DNA of 64,000 bases, from NCBI GenBank assembly GCA_047601445.1, contig JASGJH010000001.1, positions 4,864,001-4,928,000 of the forward strand. Direction: 5' to 3'. Every line of letters starts with the position of its first letter. Within the stretch, counting starts at the first letter, position 1. Shown piece after piece: positions 8,241 through 18,196 of the stretch. The notes beneath the pieces are model-generated. The model saw only the letters and a program-made list of their open reading frames with translations. It did not search any database and had not been told where the DNA came from. This stretch comes from Myxococcales bacterium (GTDB lineage Bacteria > Myxococcota_A > Polyangia > Polyangiales > DASUME01). The position numbers were made by a program, and so were the translations under genes.

Positions 8241-10295
8241 TCACCGTGCCGCATCTGCGTCTCGAACGAAGCGCATGTCGATCGACATATCTCGTCTAAA
8301 ATCGAAGAACATCTGACGCACGACGTCCAGCGTCTCAGGCTGTACTCCTTCGGCCCGGACTTCGAGCTCCGCGCTCACAGTGGCCTGGCTGCCGTTCAGC
8401 GCGACCCTGCGGCTCACACGAAAACCGAAAGCTGAGCCTTCGAGCGGAGCGACTGCGCCCGTCCAGTGGTATCCCGCCGGGGCATTCAGGACGTAGCGGA
8501 TGAGATAGCGATGAGCGACGGGGACGCGCATCGCACTCCCTCGCAGCTCCATGAACCCTTTCTTGCGCGCGGCCAGTGCTTCGTCACGTTCCTCGGGCAC
8601 GCGCTCGGCATTCGGCGCGTCGAGCACTCGGCCGGGCAGGTAGTCGAAGAGCGGGGCGAACCCCAGCGAGACCGACCCACCTTGCTCCGTGGCCTGATAT
8701 GCCTTGGCTTGCGGCACATCCACGATGCGCTCGAGGTGCGTCGACGGGTCGTCGTGAACCGTGCAAGAGGCCTGAAAGGTGCGTGCACCGTAGACCCTCT
8801 CGACGTCGGGGCGCATGGCTTCTGCCAACTGCTCCGACGTCTTGTCCCAATCCTCACGCACGACCGAGATCAGAGCCCCGGATGCTCGCGCGATCTCCTT
8901 CACGTGCGCTGGGCCTGCTTGCAAGAAATCAATCCTGATCTCCGTTTCACGGGCGCTCGCGTCCAGCGGCGTGCGCGGCGTAGGCACCAAGTCCTCGGTT
9001 CCTGCAGACACGACGAGGGCCCGACGAGCCTGATCTTGATAGGGGAGCACGTTGGGCGACGCGTACGGTGCCACGGGATCGATCCAAACATCCGGGCTTC
9101 CTGCGATATGCACGATCACGTGATTGAACAGGCCAAACCCCGCCAGATCTGGATACACGTCGATGTCCAGGCCCGCCCGCAGCAACGCCAGGTTGGCCTC
9201 GAAACCGGCAGCGCGTAAGAGCCCTACCAGCAGCGTGCTCTGATCCTTGCAATCACCGTAGAGCCGGCTGAGCACCTCGGCTGGCGGAGCGGGATAGTAC
9301 GCGCGCTGTCCGAACTCGAGCCCGAGATAGCGGACCTTGCTGCGAACGAATGCGAGAATCTTGCGCAGCTTGGTCGCCCGATCGTCTCCGTCGGCGACGA
9401 TCCGTTCGAGCACTTTGCCTGCATCGAAACTCGATAGCGTCGTCTCGACATCCTTGGCGTAGCTGCGCGCCACCGCCTGCCAACTATCGGCGGTGCTGAC
9501 GTCGACGAGTGGGACCACGCGAACTCGCGGGTCGAGGGGCGGCTGCTCGTGATCCACCAGGGAGTAGACTACCCGCTGCGAGTCCGCGTGCTTTTCGAGC
9601 TTGGGCGGAGGTACGCCGCCACGGGTTCGACTGTGCACTTTGACTTGCTCGGGAAATTCCAGAATCAAGCGCTGGAGGGCCGCGAAGCGCCAGTGCCCAA
9701 AGATCACGCGGTACAGATTCCCGACGTCGAAGCGCGGGGCCTCCTCTTCCACCACGATCAATTGCTCCACGACCGCGCCAGGCTGCAGACCCGGAAGCGG
9801 AGCAGCAAGCACCCGGTTGTCGCTGAAGATTCGCGGCTCGCTGCTAGGGACGGCCGACTCTACCAGCCTCGCCGGGTCGAGCTCGATTGCCTTGCCGCCG
9901 GGCGTAACGACCCGCGCGCGGATGGTGGGTCGATGCTCGATCCACGGCGAGTATTGCGCAGAAACCGTGCTCCACTCGTGGCTCGTCAGCGCTCTCGAGT
10001 TGTTGACACGGAAGATCGCGTGGTGTTCCCGAATCAGGCGCTTGCGGCGATCGAAGCGTAGCCTGGTCTGCTCACATAGTACGACGGCATCGAGCCCTGG
10101 CGGCGCTTGGTCTGCGTTGAGCTCCAGTAGCTCGCGCGGCGTGAGCGAGAAGGCGGGCTTGATCAGCGCGTCGTAGACCTCTGGCCGCAGCGCCATGACG
10201 CGGCCAGCAGACGCCGTCTGCAATAGCCCTACGAGGCAGGACAGATACACGACTGGAACGCAACGCTTCAACGTGCGATGGATGGCGCTGCTCAA
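8241..10295 (-). CDS. DUF3857 plus transglutaminase-like domain protein, probably exported
   Basis: GDCKD catalytic Cys motif, FNHVI His, WIDP Asp; VRY..LEFG...Y.P motif; N-terminal hydrophobic signal. Confidence 0.85.
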   Translation of the reverse strand: MSSAIHRTLKRCVPVVYLSCLVGLLQTASAGRVMALRPEVYDALIKPAFSLTPRELLELNADQAPPGLDAVVLCEQTRLRFDRRKRLIREHHAIFRVNNSRALTSHEWSTVSAQYSPWIEHRPTIRARVVTPGGKAIELDPARLVESAVPSSEPRIFSDNRVLAAPLPGLQPGAVVEQLIVVEEEAPRFDVGNLYRVIFGHWRFAALQRLILEFPEQVKVHSRTRGGVPPPKLEKHADSQRVVYSLVDHEQPPLDPRVRVVPLVDVSTADSWQAVARSYAKDVETTLSSFDAGKVLERIVADGDDRATKLRKILAFVRSKVRYLGLEFGQRAYYPAPPAEVLSRLYGDCKDQSTLLVGLLRAAGFEANLALLRAGLDIDVYPDLAGFGLFNHVIVHIAGSPDVWIDPVAPYASPNVLPYQDQARRALVVSAGTEDLVPTPRTPLDASARETEIRIDFLQAGPAHVKEIARASGALISVVREDWDKTSEQLAEAMRPDVERVYGARTFQASCTVHDDPSTHLERIVDVPQAKAYQATEQGGSVSLGFAPLFDYLPGRVLDAPNAERVPEERDEALAARKKGFMELRGSAMRVPVAHRYLIRYVLNAPAGYHWTGAVAPLEGSAFGFRVSRRVALNGSQATVSAELEVRAEGVQPETLDVVRQMFFDFRRDMSIDMRFVRDADAAR

Positions 10296-10411
10296 GACAA
10301 GGCTCCGTCGGAGACGCTCGAGTATGGCACGGTCGCCGCCCAGACGGCGACGTGCACCCGGCCGGCCTACGGGGACTCACCCCAATCGAGGAAACGGCTC
10401 CTTGGAGGGGC

Positions 10412-11689
10412 TTAGAACGCCTCGCGGAACTGGAGGCACGGATAGAACTCGTCGCCGTAAGCCAGGTCCAGGCGGATGTTCACGCGATCGCGCTTGTCCA
10501 CCGAGAAGCGAATGCCACCGCCGCCCGCCACGTGCAGATCCCGCATGTCGAAATGCTTCACGCTGCTCGCCACACGTCCCACGCTGCCGAAAGCGACCGC
10601 GGCCCAGCGCTTGGTGATGGGCAGGCGGTACTCCGCCTCCACGGCGATCAGCAGGCGATCGCGCAGCTGACCTCCATACCAACCGCGAAACAGGCTCGGC
10701 CCGCCGAGCTGCGGCAGGCGTTGGAACGGCACCTCTCCCCACACGGATTGGGAGACGAAGCGCAGCGCGAGGACGTGATCGAGCCACAGGCGCTGGTAGT
10801 GACGTAGGTCGAGCGCCAAGCGGCGATAGCGAATGTCGCTGCCGAGAATCGGATCGAAGAAGGTGCTCTTGGCTTCCGCGAAGCTTCCCTTGTTCGGCCA
10901 GCTCAAGCTGTCGCGACTGTCCCAGGTCAACGTGGGCCCGAGTCCCGAGGCCACGAACTCGCGCTCGCCGCGGTCGTGCACTTCCTTGAGCTTGTCGCCG
11001 TTGCCGTCGCGCATGCTGCTCCACAGGCCCGCGTAGTTCACGCCCACGAAAAGCGAGCGCATGCCATGCCCCTCGTTGAAGGGTCGCAGCTTGAAATCGA
11101 TGTCGCCGCGGAAGTAGCGGTCGGTGAAGGGGCTATAGTCGTCGCGCTTGTTGTCGTTGCCGATGCCGAAGAAGCGACTCGGATAGCGCGCCCCCGCCAG
11201 GTCTGCTCGAAGCACGTAGTCGTCGTTACCAAAGCGCAGGTCCGGAGTGATTTGCCCCATGATCTGCTTGTTGAGCGTGTACACCGCCCCCATGGCGATG
11301 GTGCTCGGCCGACGTCCCCCGGCGGCTCCGGGCAGATCGAACTGCAGCAACGTGCCGGCGCCCAATCCGAGGCTCGTCTCGTTCGAGTAGTAGACGATGG
11401 GTAGGACCTTGAAGTAGTCCCAGACCCTCTTGCGGGGCGGCAAGATGCCGGCGGTGACGGGCTCCACCTGGACCGCAACGGGCGGACTCGAAACGCTATC
11501 GGTCTCGGCTGGCGGCACCGCAGCCACGGCCGGTGGCCTGTTTTCGCTGTCGTCCTGTAACGCTGGGTCGACTGGCGGCGTCTGAGTGACAGCAGCTCCC
11601 TCCTGAAGACGCTCCTCGGCACGCGCACAGGGACGCGAAAGCCATACGCTCGCGCAGAGCGCGGCGCACACGAGGATCCACGAGAGCAT
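10412..11689 (-). CDS. Omp85 (BamA/TamA-like) outer-membrane beta-barrel, apparently without POTRA domains
   Basis: Signal peptide, Pro-rich linker, WDSRD...P..G, LGG...FRG loop-6 motif, GGGIRF, IRLDLAYG and a C-terminal Phe. Confidence 0.8.
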   Translation of the reverse strand: MLSWILVCAALCASVWLSRPCARAEERLQEGAAVTQTPPVDPALQDDSENRPPAVAAVPPAETDSVSSPPVAVQVEPVTAGILPPRKRVWDYFKVLPIVYYSNETSLGLGAGTLLQFDLPGAAGGRRPSTIAMGAVYTLNKQIMGQITPDLRFGNDDYVLRADLAGARYPSRFFGIGNDNKRDDYSPFTDRYFRGDIDFKLRPFNEGHGMRSLFVGVNYAGLWSSMRDGNGDKLKEVHDRGEREFVASGLGPTLTWDSRDSLSWPNKGSFAEAKSTFFDPILGSDIRYRRLALDLRHYQRLWLDHVLALRFVSQSVWGEVPFQRLPQLGGPSLFRGWYGGQLRDRLLIAVEAEYRLPITKRWAAVAFGSVGRVASSVKHFDMRDLHVAGGGGIRFSVDKRDRVNIRLDLAYGDEFYPCLQFREAF

Positions 11690-11974
11690 CGAGAGCGGCG
11701 TCGATGGTACATCGCACTCGGCACCGAACGACTGCCCTGTTCTGTGGGTTCTAAGCGCTTTTTTGGAACTTTGTGTCTCAATATTTCGTATGCGAAGTGA
11801 GCACGCGTCTGGTGATCCCCCCGACTGCCCGCGAATCGCGGGATGTGCCGGCCTTTTCGCGTGGGTTCAGGTGCGTGGTCATGGCGTCGTGTACAAAGTG
11901 AGCGCAGTCCGCTAAGGATGGTGTTCCGCGTTCGCCTCAGCCGGAACGCCCCATTCTGCGAGGAGTCTTTTCGC

Positions 11975-13255
11975 ATGCCCGTGACCCTGGATGAGCCCCT
12001 TCGCCTGCCCTGCGGCGTGCAGCTGCCAAACCGTCTGCTCAAATCGGCCATGAGCGAAGGCCTGGCGACATTCGACAATCGCGTCACGCCCGAACTCATC
12101 ACCCTCTACGGTCGTTGGGCCGAGGGCGGGGTTGGGTTGTGCGTCACCGGCAACGTGATGATCGATCGGCGCGCACTGGGTGAGCCCGGCAACGTGGCCC
12201 TCGAAGACGACCGCGATCTCGACACCTTCCAAGCCTGGGCCCTCGCCGGTACCGGTCACGACACGGCCTGCTGGATGCAGCTCAACCACCCGGGGAAGCA
12301 GGTACCCCGTGGCCTCAACAGCGAGTCCGTATCGCCCAGCGCGGTCCCCTTCCGCGCCGACATGGCGCGTTTCTTCGCCACACCGCGCGCCCTGAAAGAG
12401 GCGGAAATCGAAGAGCTCATCGCGCGCTTCGGCGTCAGCGCCCGGCTCGCCAAGCGCGCCGGCTTCAGCGGCGTCCAAATCCACGGGGCACACGGCTATC
12501 TCGTGAGCCAGTTCCTCTCGCCCCACCACAATCAGCGCGACGACGCCTGGGGCGGCTCACCCGAGAACCGGCGGCGCTTCGTGCTGGCCGTCTACGACAG
12601 TATCCGAGCGGCGGTGGGCACCAGCTTCCCGGTCAGCATCAAGCTCAACTCCGCGGACTTCCAACAAGGTGGCCTGTCCGAGGACGAGTCACTCGACGTG
12701 GTGAAGTGCCTCGCCGAGCGCGGCATCGATCTCGTGGAGATCTCGGGCGGCACCTACGAAGCGCCGGTCATGGCCAAGGGCGCCCCCATTCGCGAGAGCA
12801 CCCGCAAGCGGGAGGCCTACTTCCTCGACTTCGCCGCCAAGGCGCGCGGCCGCGTGGCGGTGCCGCTCGCGGTGACCGGAGGCTTTCGCACCTTCGAGGG
12901 CATCAGCAACGCTCTTGGCTCGGGTGCGCTCGATGTGGTCGGCCTGGCCCGCGCGCTCGCCCTCGACCCTGACTTCCCCAAGAAATTGTTGGCGAGTCCC
13001 GAGACGGTCTCGAGCGTGCGTCCCATCCGCACGGGGGTGGGGTTGATCGATCGCACCGGCATGATGGAGGTCTCGTTTTACAGTCGACAACTCCGGCGCA
13101 TGGGTCGCGGTAAGGAGCCCAAGCCGCACGAGAATCCGAAGCTCGCACTGGCTAGCATCCTCGCCACGCAGGGCATCGGCGCCTTGTTCACTCGCCTGCG
13201 CGCGCGCCCAGCGCCAGCGCCCGAGCCGGAGCAGCCCGAAGCCGCGCGTGTGTGA
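11975..13255 (+). CDS. NADH:flavin oxidoreductase (Old Yellow Enzyme family)
   Basis: LPNRLLKSAM, QLNHPG, GVQIHGAHGYLVSQFLSP..NQRDD.WGG; RBS AGGAG at 11961. Confidence 0.92.
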   Translation: MPVTLDEPLRLPCGVQLPNRLLKSAMSEGLATFDNRVTPELITLYGRWAEGGVGLCVTGNVMIDRRALGEPGNVALEDDRDLDTFQAWALAGTGHDTACWMQLNHPGKQVPRGLNSESVSPSAVPFRADMARFFATPRALKEAEIEELIARFGVSARLAKRAGFSGVQIHGAHGYLVSQFLSPHHNQRDDAWGGSPENRRRFVLAVYDSIRAAVGTSFPVSIKLNSADFQQGGLSEDESLDVVKCLAERGIDLVEISGGTYEAPVMAKGAPIRESTRKREAYFLDFAAKARGRVAVPLAVTGGFRTFEGISNALGSGALDVVGLARALALDPDFPKKLLASPETVSSVRPIRTGVGLIDRTGMMEVSFYSRQLRRMGRGKEPKPHENPKLALASILATQGIGALFTRLRARPAPAPEPEQPEAARV

Positions 13256-13409
13256 GCAAGTGCGCCTCCGGGAATTTGGGGCTGCCCCATGGTCTCGGCG
13301 GCTGCTCGTAGCGCTGCGCGCCATGCCACCAATTGGCAAGCAGGCTCGCGTTTTCGCGTGTTGTGCGTGTGATCCGTGGCATCGCCCGAGCGAACTGTGA
13401 TTTGATCGA

Positions 13410-13994
13410 GTGATGCACCTCGGCGAGTTTCTCGATGGGGTCCTCTGGTCCAAGGTCGCAGTCGCCATCTTCTGTGGCGGCATCGTGGGAGTGGAACGCC
13501 AGCTGCGCGGCAAGCCCGCCGGCATGCGCACCAGCAGCCTGATCTGCCTCGGCACCATGATGTTCGTGCATCTCGGCCACGAGCTCACCGGCGGCAGTAG
13601 CGGCGCCGACCCTACGCGCGTGCTCGGTCAGGTGGTTTCGGGCATCGGCTTCTTGGGTGCCGGCGTGATCATGACGCGCAACGGCCTGCTGACGGGTGTC
13701 ACTTCGGCTGCGGTGGTCTGGGTGCTGGCCGCGGTGGGCGCCGCGGTCGGAGCCGGAAAGTTCGCGGAGGCGATCACGATGTCGGTGACCACCGTGAGTA
13801 TTCTGGTGGGCGTGGAGCGACTGGAGCGCGCCTTCGCTGCGCTACGCCGCGGAGTGCATGCCGAGCCTCCCAAGCTGCACGACGAGACCGTGCTCGAAGA
13901 CATGGAGACCGTGCAGCGGCCGCGCAATCCCCGTCATGGGAGCGTCAGCGGCGGCATCGACCTGCGCGGTTCGCGCGAACAAAAGGTGCGCTGA
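13410..13994 (+). CDS. MgtC/SapB family membrane protein
   Basis: GVERQ...KPAGMRT, DPTRV.GQVVSGIGFLGAG.I and G.TSAA..W motifs. Confidence 0.9.
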   Translation: MMHLGEFLDGVLWSKVAVAIFCGGIVGVERQLRGKPAGMRTSSLICLGTMMFVHLGHELTGGSSGADPTRVLGQVVSGIGFLGAGVIMTRNGLLTGVTSAAVVWVLAAVGAAVGAGKFAEAITMSVTTVSILVGVERLERAFAALRRGVHAEPPKLHDETVLEDMETVQRPRNPRHGSVSGGIDLRGSREQKVR

Positions 13995-14014
13995 GTTCCG
14001 GGTCGCGCTCGCGA

Positions 14015-15259
14015 TCACACCGCGCGCGCCCGATGGCCACGCGCACGCACGCACGCGAGTGCCACCGAGTTCAGCTTGATCACGCGGAAGTCTCCCACGG
14101 GCGTACCGGTGCCCGCGTTCACGGTGAAGCCGAGAGCGACCTGGTCGTCGGGACTCGCCCAGGCGCCGCTGCCGCCGTAGCCGAAGTGTCCGAAGGCCCC
14201 CTTCACCACGCCCGTGCGGGTGGCCACCGCGTGGTACCCGAGCCTCCAGCCCATGGGCAACACCAGCACACCGTCGGGACCGCGACGATACACGCGCGTG
14301 GCCTCGAGCAGCGTGCGCTCGGATAACAGACGCGTGCCGTCGAGCTTGCCACCGCCCGCGAGCGCCGCGTAGAAGCGCGCCAGGTCGCGTGCGCTGAACA
14401 GGCCGTTCACCGCGGGGATGCAGGCACTGAGCACGCGCGGCGCCGAGAAGTCCCAGCGACCGATGCCACGCGGTGAGAAGGCACCCTGGAAGCGCTCGAG
14501 GCTCATCGGCACGCCGAAGAGGCGCAGGACGCGCTGCATGGCCGCCAGCTGCTTTTGACGGCCGCTCGGCGCACGCTTGGCCGTGGTCTCCGCCTTGGGC
14601 TTGTGCGGAGCAGACAGCTCACGCTTGGGAAAGATGAGGCGCGCCGCGCGCGCGATGGCCTGATCCGGGGCGCCCACGAAGAAGTCTCGCAGTCCGAGCG
14701 GGGCCGCAATTTCCTCCGCCACGAACTCCGAAAACGGACGCCCACCCACGCGACGCACGACCTCGCCCACCAGATGTCCGTAGGTGAGCGCGTGATAGGC
14801 GTGATAGCGCCCTGGTTGGTGCGCGGCGGGCGCCTGGGCCAGCGCAGCACACGTCCGATCCCAGTCCAGCAAGTCATCCGCGTGGGCGATCAAGCTGCGC
14901 GCGTCGTAGAGACCCGCGGAGTGCGTAAGCACCTGACGCAGCGTGATCTTGTCCTTGCCGCGCTGTCCGAACTCGGGCCAGTAGCGGGCCACAGGATCGT
15001 CGTAGTGAACGAGGCCGCGATCGGCGAGCATGTGCAGCGCCGTGGAAGCCACGCCCTTGGTGGTGGAGAAGGAGACGCTGGGCGTGTGCTCCTCCCATGG
15101 GTTCCCAGCGCTATCGCGTGGTCCGCCCCACATGTCGAAGACGGGCTTCCCCGCGTGATAGACGCAGAGCGCACCGCCACCGAACGGGGCGTGGGAGAGC
15201 ACCTCTTCGAGGGCACGGGCCAGGGGCTCGAAACCGGGTTCGTGACGACCGAACAGCAT
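14015..15259 (-). CDS. Serine hydrolase, beta-lactamase class C / family VIII esterase-like
   Basis: SxxK in FSTTKG, YWPEF...GK..IT, LTHSAGL, YH motif and FGH.G.GGS. Confidence 0.88.
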   Translation of the reverse strand: MLFGRHEPGFEPLARALEEVLSHAPFGGGALCVYHAGKPVFDMWGGPRDSAGNPWEEHTPSVSFSTTKGVASTALHMLADRGLVHYDDPVARYWPEFGQRGKDKITLRQVLTHSAGLYDARSLIAHADDLLDWDRTCAALAQAPAAHQPGRYHAYHALTYGHLVGEVVRRVGGRPFSEFVAEEIAAPLGLRDFFVGAPDQAIARAARLIFPKRELSAPHKPKAETTAKRAPSGRQKQLAAMQRVLRLFGVPMSLERFQGAFSPRGIGRWDFSAPRVLSACIPAVNGLFSARDLARFYAALAGGGKLDGTRLLSERTLLEATRVYRRGPDGVLVLPMGWRLGYHAVATRTGVVKGAFGHFGYGGSGAWASPDDQVALGFTVNAGTGTPVGDFRVIKLNSVALACVRARGHRARAV

Positions 15260-15368
15260 GCGCCACCGTAGCGACCCGGGGCCCCGGCGTAAAGCCCCTA
15301 CAAGAGCGCATAAACTGGGTAGTCCCTGCTGAACAAAAAACCGAAATTACGCTAGGATTGGGCACGCC

Positions 15369-15959
15369 GTGGCCCGCCGAAAGCGACTCGAGTTACCTGA
15401 GCGCCGAGAACAATTGCTGAACCTCGCGGTGGCGGCGTTCTCCTCGAAAAGCTACGACGAAGTCTCCATCGACGATCTGGCCCAGAGCGCGGGTGTCTCC
15501 AAGGGTCTGCTGTACCACTACTTCCCCAGCAAGCGGGAGCTCTACGTGGCTACCGTGCGGGCGGCAGCCGACCAGCTCATCGAGCGCGTGCTGCCCGACC
15601 CCAGCCTCTCCCTGCGCGACCAGATCACGCGCGGCCTCGACGGCTACCTGAGTTTCGTGGAGCAGAACGCGGCGGCCTACACCTCGTTGATCCAGAGCGG
15701 CATCGGCCACGACGACGAAGTGCTCAACATCATGGACAGCACGCGCATGCGCTTCGTGGGCATCATGCTCGAGCGCGGCGGGCAGACCATGCTGAACCCC
15801 GCCCAGCAGACCCTGCTGCGGGGCTGGGTGGGCATGGTGGAAGCGGCCAGCCTGGACTGGATCAAGCGCCGCTCGATGACGCGCGAGGAGCTCAGCAAGT
15901 TCTTGCTGAAGAGCCTCTTTTACACGCTGCAGCTCGGCATTCCCAAGCGCACTGAGTAG
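15369..15959 (+). CDS. TetR/AcrR family regulator
   Basis: HTH SIDDLAQSAGVSKGLLYHYFPSKREL; divergent from the hydrolase gene. Confidence 0.92.
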   Translation: MARRKRLELPERREQLLNLAVAAFSSKSYDEVSIDDLAQSAGVSKGLLYHYFPSKRELYVATVRAAADQLIERVLPDPSLSLRDQITRGLDGYLSFVEQNAAAYTSLIQSGIGHDDEVLNIMDSTRMRFVGIMLERGGQTMLNPAQQTLLRGWVGMVEAASLDWIKRRSMTREELSKFLLKSLFYTLQLGIPKRTE

Positions 15960-15995
15960 CTCCCAAGGCGCGGGTCCTTGCCCGCGCCGCGTTGC

Positions 15996-16790
15996 TCAGG
16001 GCGCCGGGCAGGCCACGGCGCAGCCCTTCTCGTCGGAGCCGTCCTTGCAGCCGAATAGGGAGCTCTTCGCCCCCTCCACGCTGGTGCCGTCACAGCGATA
16101 CTTGGCGGAGATCTTGTCCCCGTCGTCGCAGGTGAACTTCTCGCAGTTGAGCTCGTCGTCGCCCCCCGGACACTTGGCGTCCGAGGCCAACACTCCGTCG
16201 TCGCACACGGCAGTGTGACGAATGCGCGTGACGCCGTCGGCGCACAAGAAGCCGTCGGCGGGGTGGGTGTTGCAGGCCTTGGTGCAGTTGCTGAACGCGT
16301 TGACGACGCCACCGCAGAAAGCGTTCTTGAGGTTGGAGCAGCTGGCGCTGGTAATGCACGAGCCGACGCAGCGGTCGTAGTTGTCCTCGACCTTGCCCGC
16401 GTTGAACGGGCCGGCTCCGACCACCACCTCACACTTGCGCAACTTGGCCTCGACCGCGAGCGCCAGCCGATCGTCCGCGCTGATCACCGAGCCATCGGGA
16501 CCTGCGTCCTGGCCGGCGTCGGGCAGTCCTTCGAACGGGTCCACGATGATCTCGGCATCGGCCCCGGCGTCCATGTTCTGCTGGTCACCATCGCCGCCCC
16601 CATCGGAGCCGGTCTGGTCGTCGCCGTCCCCCTCGGTCCCGCCGTCGAGGTTGCCATTCGCGTCGCCGTCGCCCTGATCGCCATCGCCGTGGCCCGAGGT
16701 GTCCTTGTTGGGCTTGGAGTCGTCGCCGCCGCAGGCGCTGACCAGGAGGGAGAGGGCCAACATCGCCATCAAACGGGAGTTGCTGCGCAC
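15996..16790 (-). CDS. Lipoprotein with an acidic GD linker and Cys-rich LDL-receptor class A-like repeats
   Basis: Lipobox LVSAC; FLCADG...CDDG...CPGGDDELNC and FTCDDG...CDG...CKDGSDEKGC; start placed at GTG 16790. Confidence 0.7.
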   Translation of the reverse strand: MRSNSRLMAMLALSLLVSACGGDDSKPNKDTSGHGDGDQGDGDANGNLDGGTEGDGDDQTGSDGGGDGDQQNMDAGADAEIIVDPFEGLPDAGQDAGPDGSVISADDRLALAVEAKLRKCEVVVGAGPFNAGKVEDNYDRCVGSCITSASCSNLKNAFCGGVVNAFSNCTKACNTHPADGFLCADGVTRIRHTAVCDDGVLASDAKCPGGDDELNCEKFTCDDGDKISAKYRCDGTSVEGAKSSLFGCKDGSDEKGCAVACPAP

Positions 16791-17103
16791 GAGATACCTG
16801 CGGGGCAACGCCTCGGACGGACCGAGGCGAGCGGAGAGGGGGGTACAACCGGATCCGCCACACGCGGCTCCAGGGCCGCGAAGGCGTACCACTTGGTGAG
16901 TGGGGTGAGGGACCGCGATTTATGACCTGAGAGGCCACCCGCTCGACCCGAGTGCACAAAGCGTGAGCCGAAGCACCGCGCTTACGGCCCCGGACGCGTC
17001 CTGACACGCCTGCTCACACGGCCAGCGGTGAGCGAGCCAACGGACCCCTCCGCCATTCGCGCGGACCGAGCGCCCCTTCGCGGAGCGCCAGGGGCCGGCA
17101 AGC

Positions 17104-18180
17104 TCAGCCAGGCAATCGATCGAGACGCCGCGTGCTCGGGATTTCCAGCACGAAGTCGGCTCCGAACGCCAGCGCCGGGGTGAAGGCACCCGACAGCTTG
17201 AGGTCCAGCACCTTCTCGGCGATGCGCACGCCGGCCACCGCCGTGAAGTCGTAGCCCTCGAGCGTCTCCAGCCAGGCTTCCGCGACCTGTCCCCGGGGGT
17301 TCTCCGCGCGCGCCCAGACGTAGGAACGACCGCGCTCGCGTGCCTGCTGATTCGGCCCCTGCACCTTCTGTTCGATGGCCTGCATCACGCGCTGCTTGAC
17401 CGGCTCCGCGCCGAGCACGCTGCGCGTCAGCGGCGAGGCCAGATCCTGCAACCACCAGGTGCTCGACATCAGCTTCGCCATGTTGGCCGGGAAGGCCATG
17501 TAGGTGGTGATATCGGGCACGCCCGTGGTGCGATACGCGGTCACAAGGTCGCCCCACGGAATCGGCATCACGCTGCGCTCGCGATCGCTGAAGCGGACCT
17601 TGCGCACGCCCTTGCCCATCGGGTGCGCCACCAGCGCGCCGTTTCTGCGCAGCAGTCCGCCGCGCAGCATGCCTTCGAAGCTCGACTTGGTGGTGCCGGG
17701 ACTCGGTCTGCCGATGGCGGCGATGGCGATCTCCAGCTTGCTGGCGCCCTCGACGCGCCCCACCACATGCGCCGCCAAGCAGTCGGTGGGCACCACGTCG
17801 AAGCCCACGCCCGACATCAGCAGCACGCCGCGCGCCTTCGCCTCGGCATCCTGCGCCAACGTGTGCTCGAAGACCGGGATCTCACCGGTGATGTCCAAGT
17901 AGTGCGCGCCCACCCCGAGGCAGCCGCGAATCATGGCAGCGCTGGTGTCCACGAAGGGTCCCGCCGCGTGCAGCACGAGGCGCATCCCTTCGAGTCCTCG
18001 CCGCACCGCGGCCGCATCGTTCAAGTCGAACGCCGCCCAGGGCAATCCCAGGCGTTGCGCGAGGGGCTTGAGCTTGTGCTCCGAACGCCCGGCGAGCACT
18101 GGCCGATGGCCGCGCTTGATCGCTTCTTCTGCCAACAGCTCACCGGTGTAGCCGTTGGCCCCGTAGATCATGAAGGCCAC
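17104..18180 (-). CDS. Saccharopine dehydrogenase-like NAD(P)-dependent oxidoreductase
   Basis: YGANGYTG Rossmann motif, AGPF, HYLDITGE and GFDVVPTD. Confidence 0.88.
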   Translation of the reverse strand: MAFMIYGANGYTGELLAEEAIKRGHRPVLAGRSEHKLKPLAQRLGLPWAAFDLNDAAAVRRGLEGMRLVLHAAGPFVDTSAAMIRGCLGVGAHYLDITGEIPVFEHTLAQDAEAKARGVLLMSGVGFDVVPTDCLAAHVVGRVEGASKLEIAIAAIGRPSPGTTKSSFEGMLRGGLLRRNGALVAHPMGKGVRKVRFSDRERSVMPIPWGDLVTAYRTTGVPDITTYMAFPANMAKLMSSTWWLQDLASPLTRSVLGAEPVKQRVMQAIEQKVQGPNQQARERGRSYVWARAENPRGQVAEAWLETLEGYDFTAVAGVRIAEKVLDLKLSGAFTPALAFGADFVLEIPSTRRLDRLPG

Positions 18181-18196
18181 GTGTGCTCGCTTTCTG

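Noticed and set aside
14015..15259. Antibiotic-resistance beta-lactamase
   Set aside because: Motifs fit family VIII esterases, with no signal peptide and a lipid-metabolism context.
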